Shown here piece after piece: positions 63,330 through 64,000 of a DNA stretch of 64,000 bases. Under the pieces are notes generated by a model. That model was not told where the DNA came from and made no database searches. It was given only the letters and a program-made list of their open reading frames with translations. The position numbers and the translations under genes were made by a program. Every line of letters starts with the position of its first letter. Positions within the stretch are counted from its first letter, which is position 1. Origin of the DNA: an uncultured Oscillospiraceae bacterium (GTDB taxonomy: Bacteria; Bacillota; Clostridia; Oscillospirales; Oscillospiraceae); assembly GCA_947628185.1 (NCBI GenBank), contig CANQYW010000008.1, positions 3,354-67,353 on the forward strand, given 5' to 3'.

Positions 63330-64000
63330 CTATTTGAACTTGAACCTCGGGGCAAAGTGTTTTCCCGGCTCCTGGGACACGGCGCCCGATATCTCCAACA
63401 TCGTGAGTGCCGAGGACACCTCGCCGGCGCTGAGTCCTGTGCGCGCTATTATATCATCTATGTGGAGGGTGGCGTCCAGCGCCTCCAGTACCTTCCTCTC
63501 GCCCTCGGTGAGCGCGGAGGGGTCCACCACTATTATGTCAATATAATCCGAGTCCCCGGAGTTGTCAATCACTTTTTTTGCCGGCTTATCTGGTGTTTTG
63601 TCGCTCTGGGGCGATGTTTTCTCCCGCCGCTCCGGCGCCGCCGCCATCTCGGAGGTCACGAGCGTCTCGGCCATGTCCACCTCCAGGGGCACGATACTGC
63701 CCCGGCGGGAGAGTTTTACCCGGCTATTATAGAGCGCCGCGTAATTTTCCAGCACGTCCGCGCCGGACATCACCGGTATGGCGCCCTCCTTCAGGAGATT
63801 ATTTGACCCCTTGCAGGAGGGGGCGTCAATATTCCCCGGCACCACGAAGACGTCCCGCCCCTGATCCAACGCCAGGGATGCCGTTATGAGAGCGCCGGAG
63901 CGCTCCGGCGCCTCCACCAGCGCCACGCCCAGGGATATGCCGGAGAGTATCCTGTTCCTCGCCGGGAAATTCCCGGCCAGCGGCTGTGTGCCGGGGGGAT
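63330..64000 (-). CDS. dprA: DNA-processing protein DprA (C-terminal two-thirds; the gene continues past the right edge)
   Basis: ...FPARNRILSGISLGVALVEAPERSGALITASLALDQGRDVFVVPG Rossmann core plus a C-terminal winged helix. Classic dprA-topA-trmFO synteny. Confidence 0.88.
   Translation of the reverse strand, partial: PPGTQPLAGNFPARNRILSGISLGVALVEAPERSGALITASLALDQGRDVFVVPGNIDAPSCKGSNNLLKEGAIPVMSGADVLENYAALYNSRVKLSRRGSIVPLEVDMAETLVTSEMAAAPERREKTSPQSDKTPDKPAKKVIDNSGDSDYIDIIVVDPSALTEGERKVLEALDATLHIDDIIARTGLSAGEVSSALTMLEISGAVSQEPGKHFAPRFKFK

Overview
This window is a 64-kb chromosomal segment from a high-GC, spore-forming Clostridia-type Firmicute. My guess is an Oscillospiraceae/Ruminococcaceae-like organism, based on GC-rich coding DNA, AT-rich spacers, spoVB, spoIIM and a trimeric HydABC hydrogenase. 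I can support about 55 protein genes, 3 tRNAs (Leu-CAG, Pro-GGG, Gln-CTG), one probable M-box riboswitch, and several consensus sigma-A promoters and intrinsic terminators. I saw no rRNA, CRISPR array, transposase or prophage genes. Most of the content is housekeeping: nifS-like (partial), mtaB, serC-serA, a lipid kinase, ymdB, a split chromate-transporter pair, two flavodoxins, a dipeptidase, spoVB, recG, hydCBA, nadB-nadC, xerD-spoIIM, yajC-tgt, mgtE, a MocR regulator, a MacB-type ABC efflux operon with two adaptors, GtrA, a G5/3D wall protein, rsmA, GTP-PEPCK, rnc-plsX, and trmFO-topA-dprA (partial). The clear outlier is a monocistronic 6-kb gene (9477..15491). It encodes a 2004-aa exported, C-terminally anchored protein made almost entirely of small Cys/His modules, with about 138 Cys in 53 CxxC/Cx4C knuckles by hand count. 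It contains a nested ~450-aa internal duplication, and I cannot place it in any named family. Its upstream spacer carries three perfect TTATGTAAAC decamers at exact 18-bp phasing, and the same decamer recurs elsewhere in the window. Secondary points of interest are a sensor-less AgrC-type kinase with a LytTR regulator heading an ABC-exporter/XRE cluster that has palindromic operators, a 320-bp ORF-free spacer with 22-bp phased repeats upstream of spoIIM, an unlisted 44-codon ORF coupled to an ASCH gene, and a lysine-rich tail on TopA. All calls come from reading the translations and sequence by eye; no searches were run.
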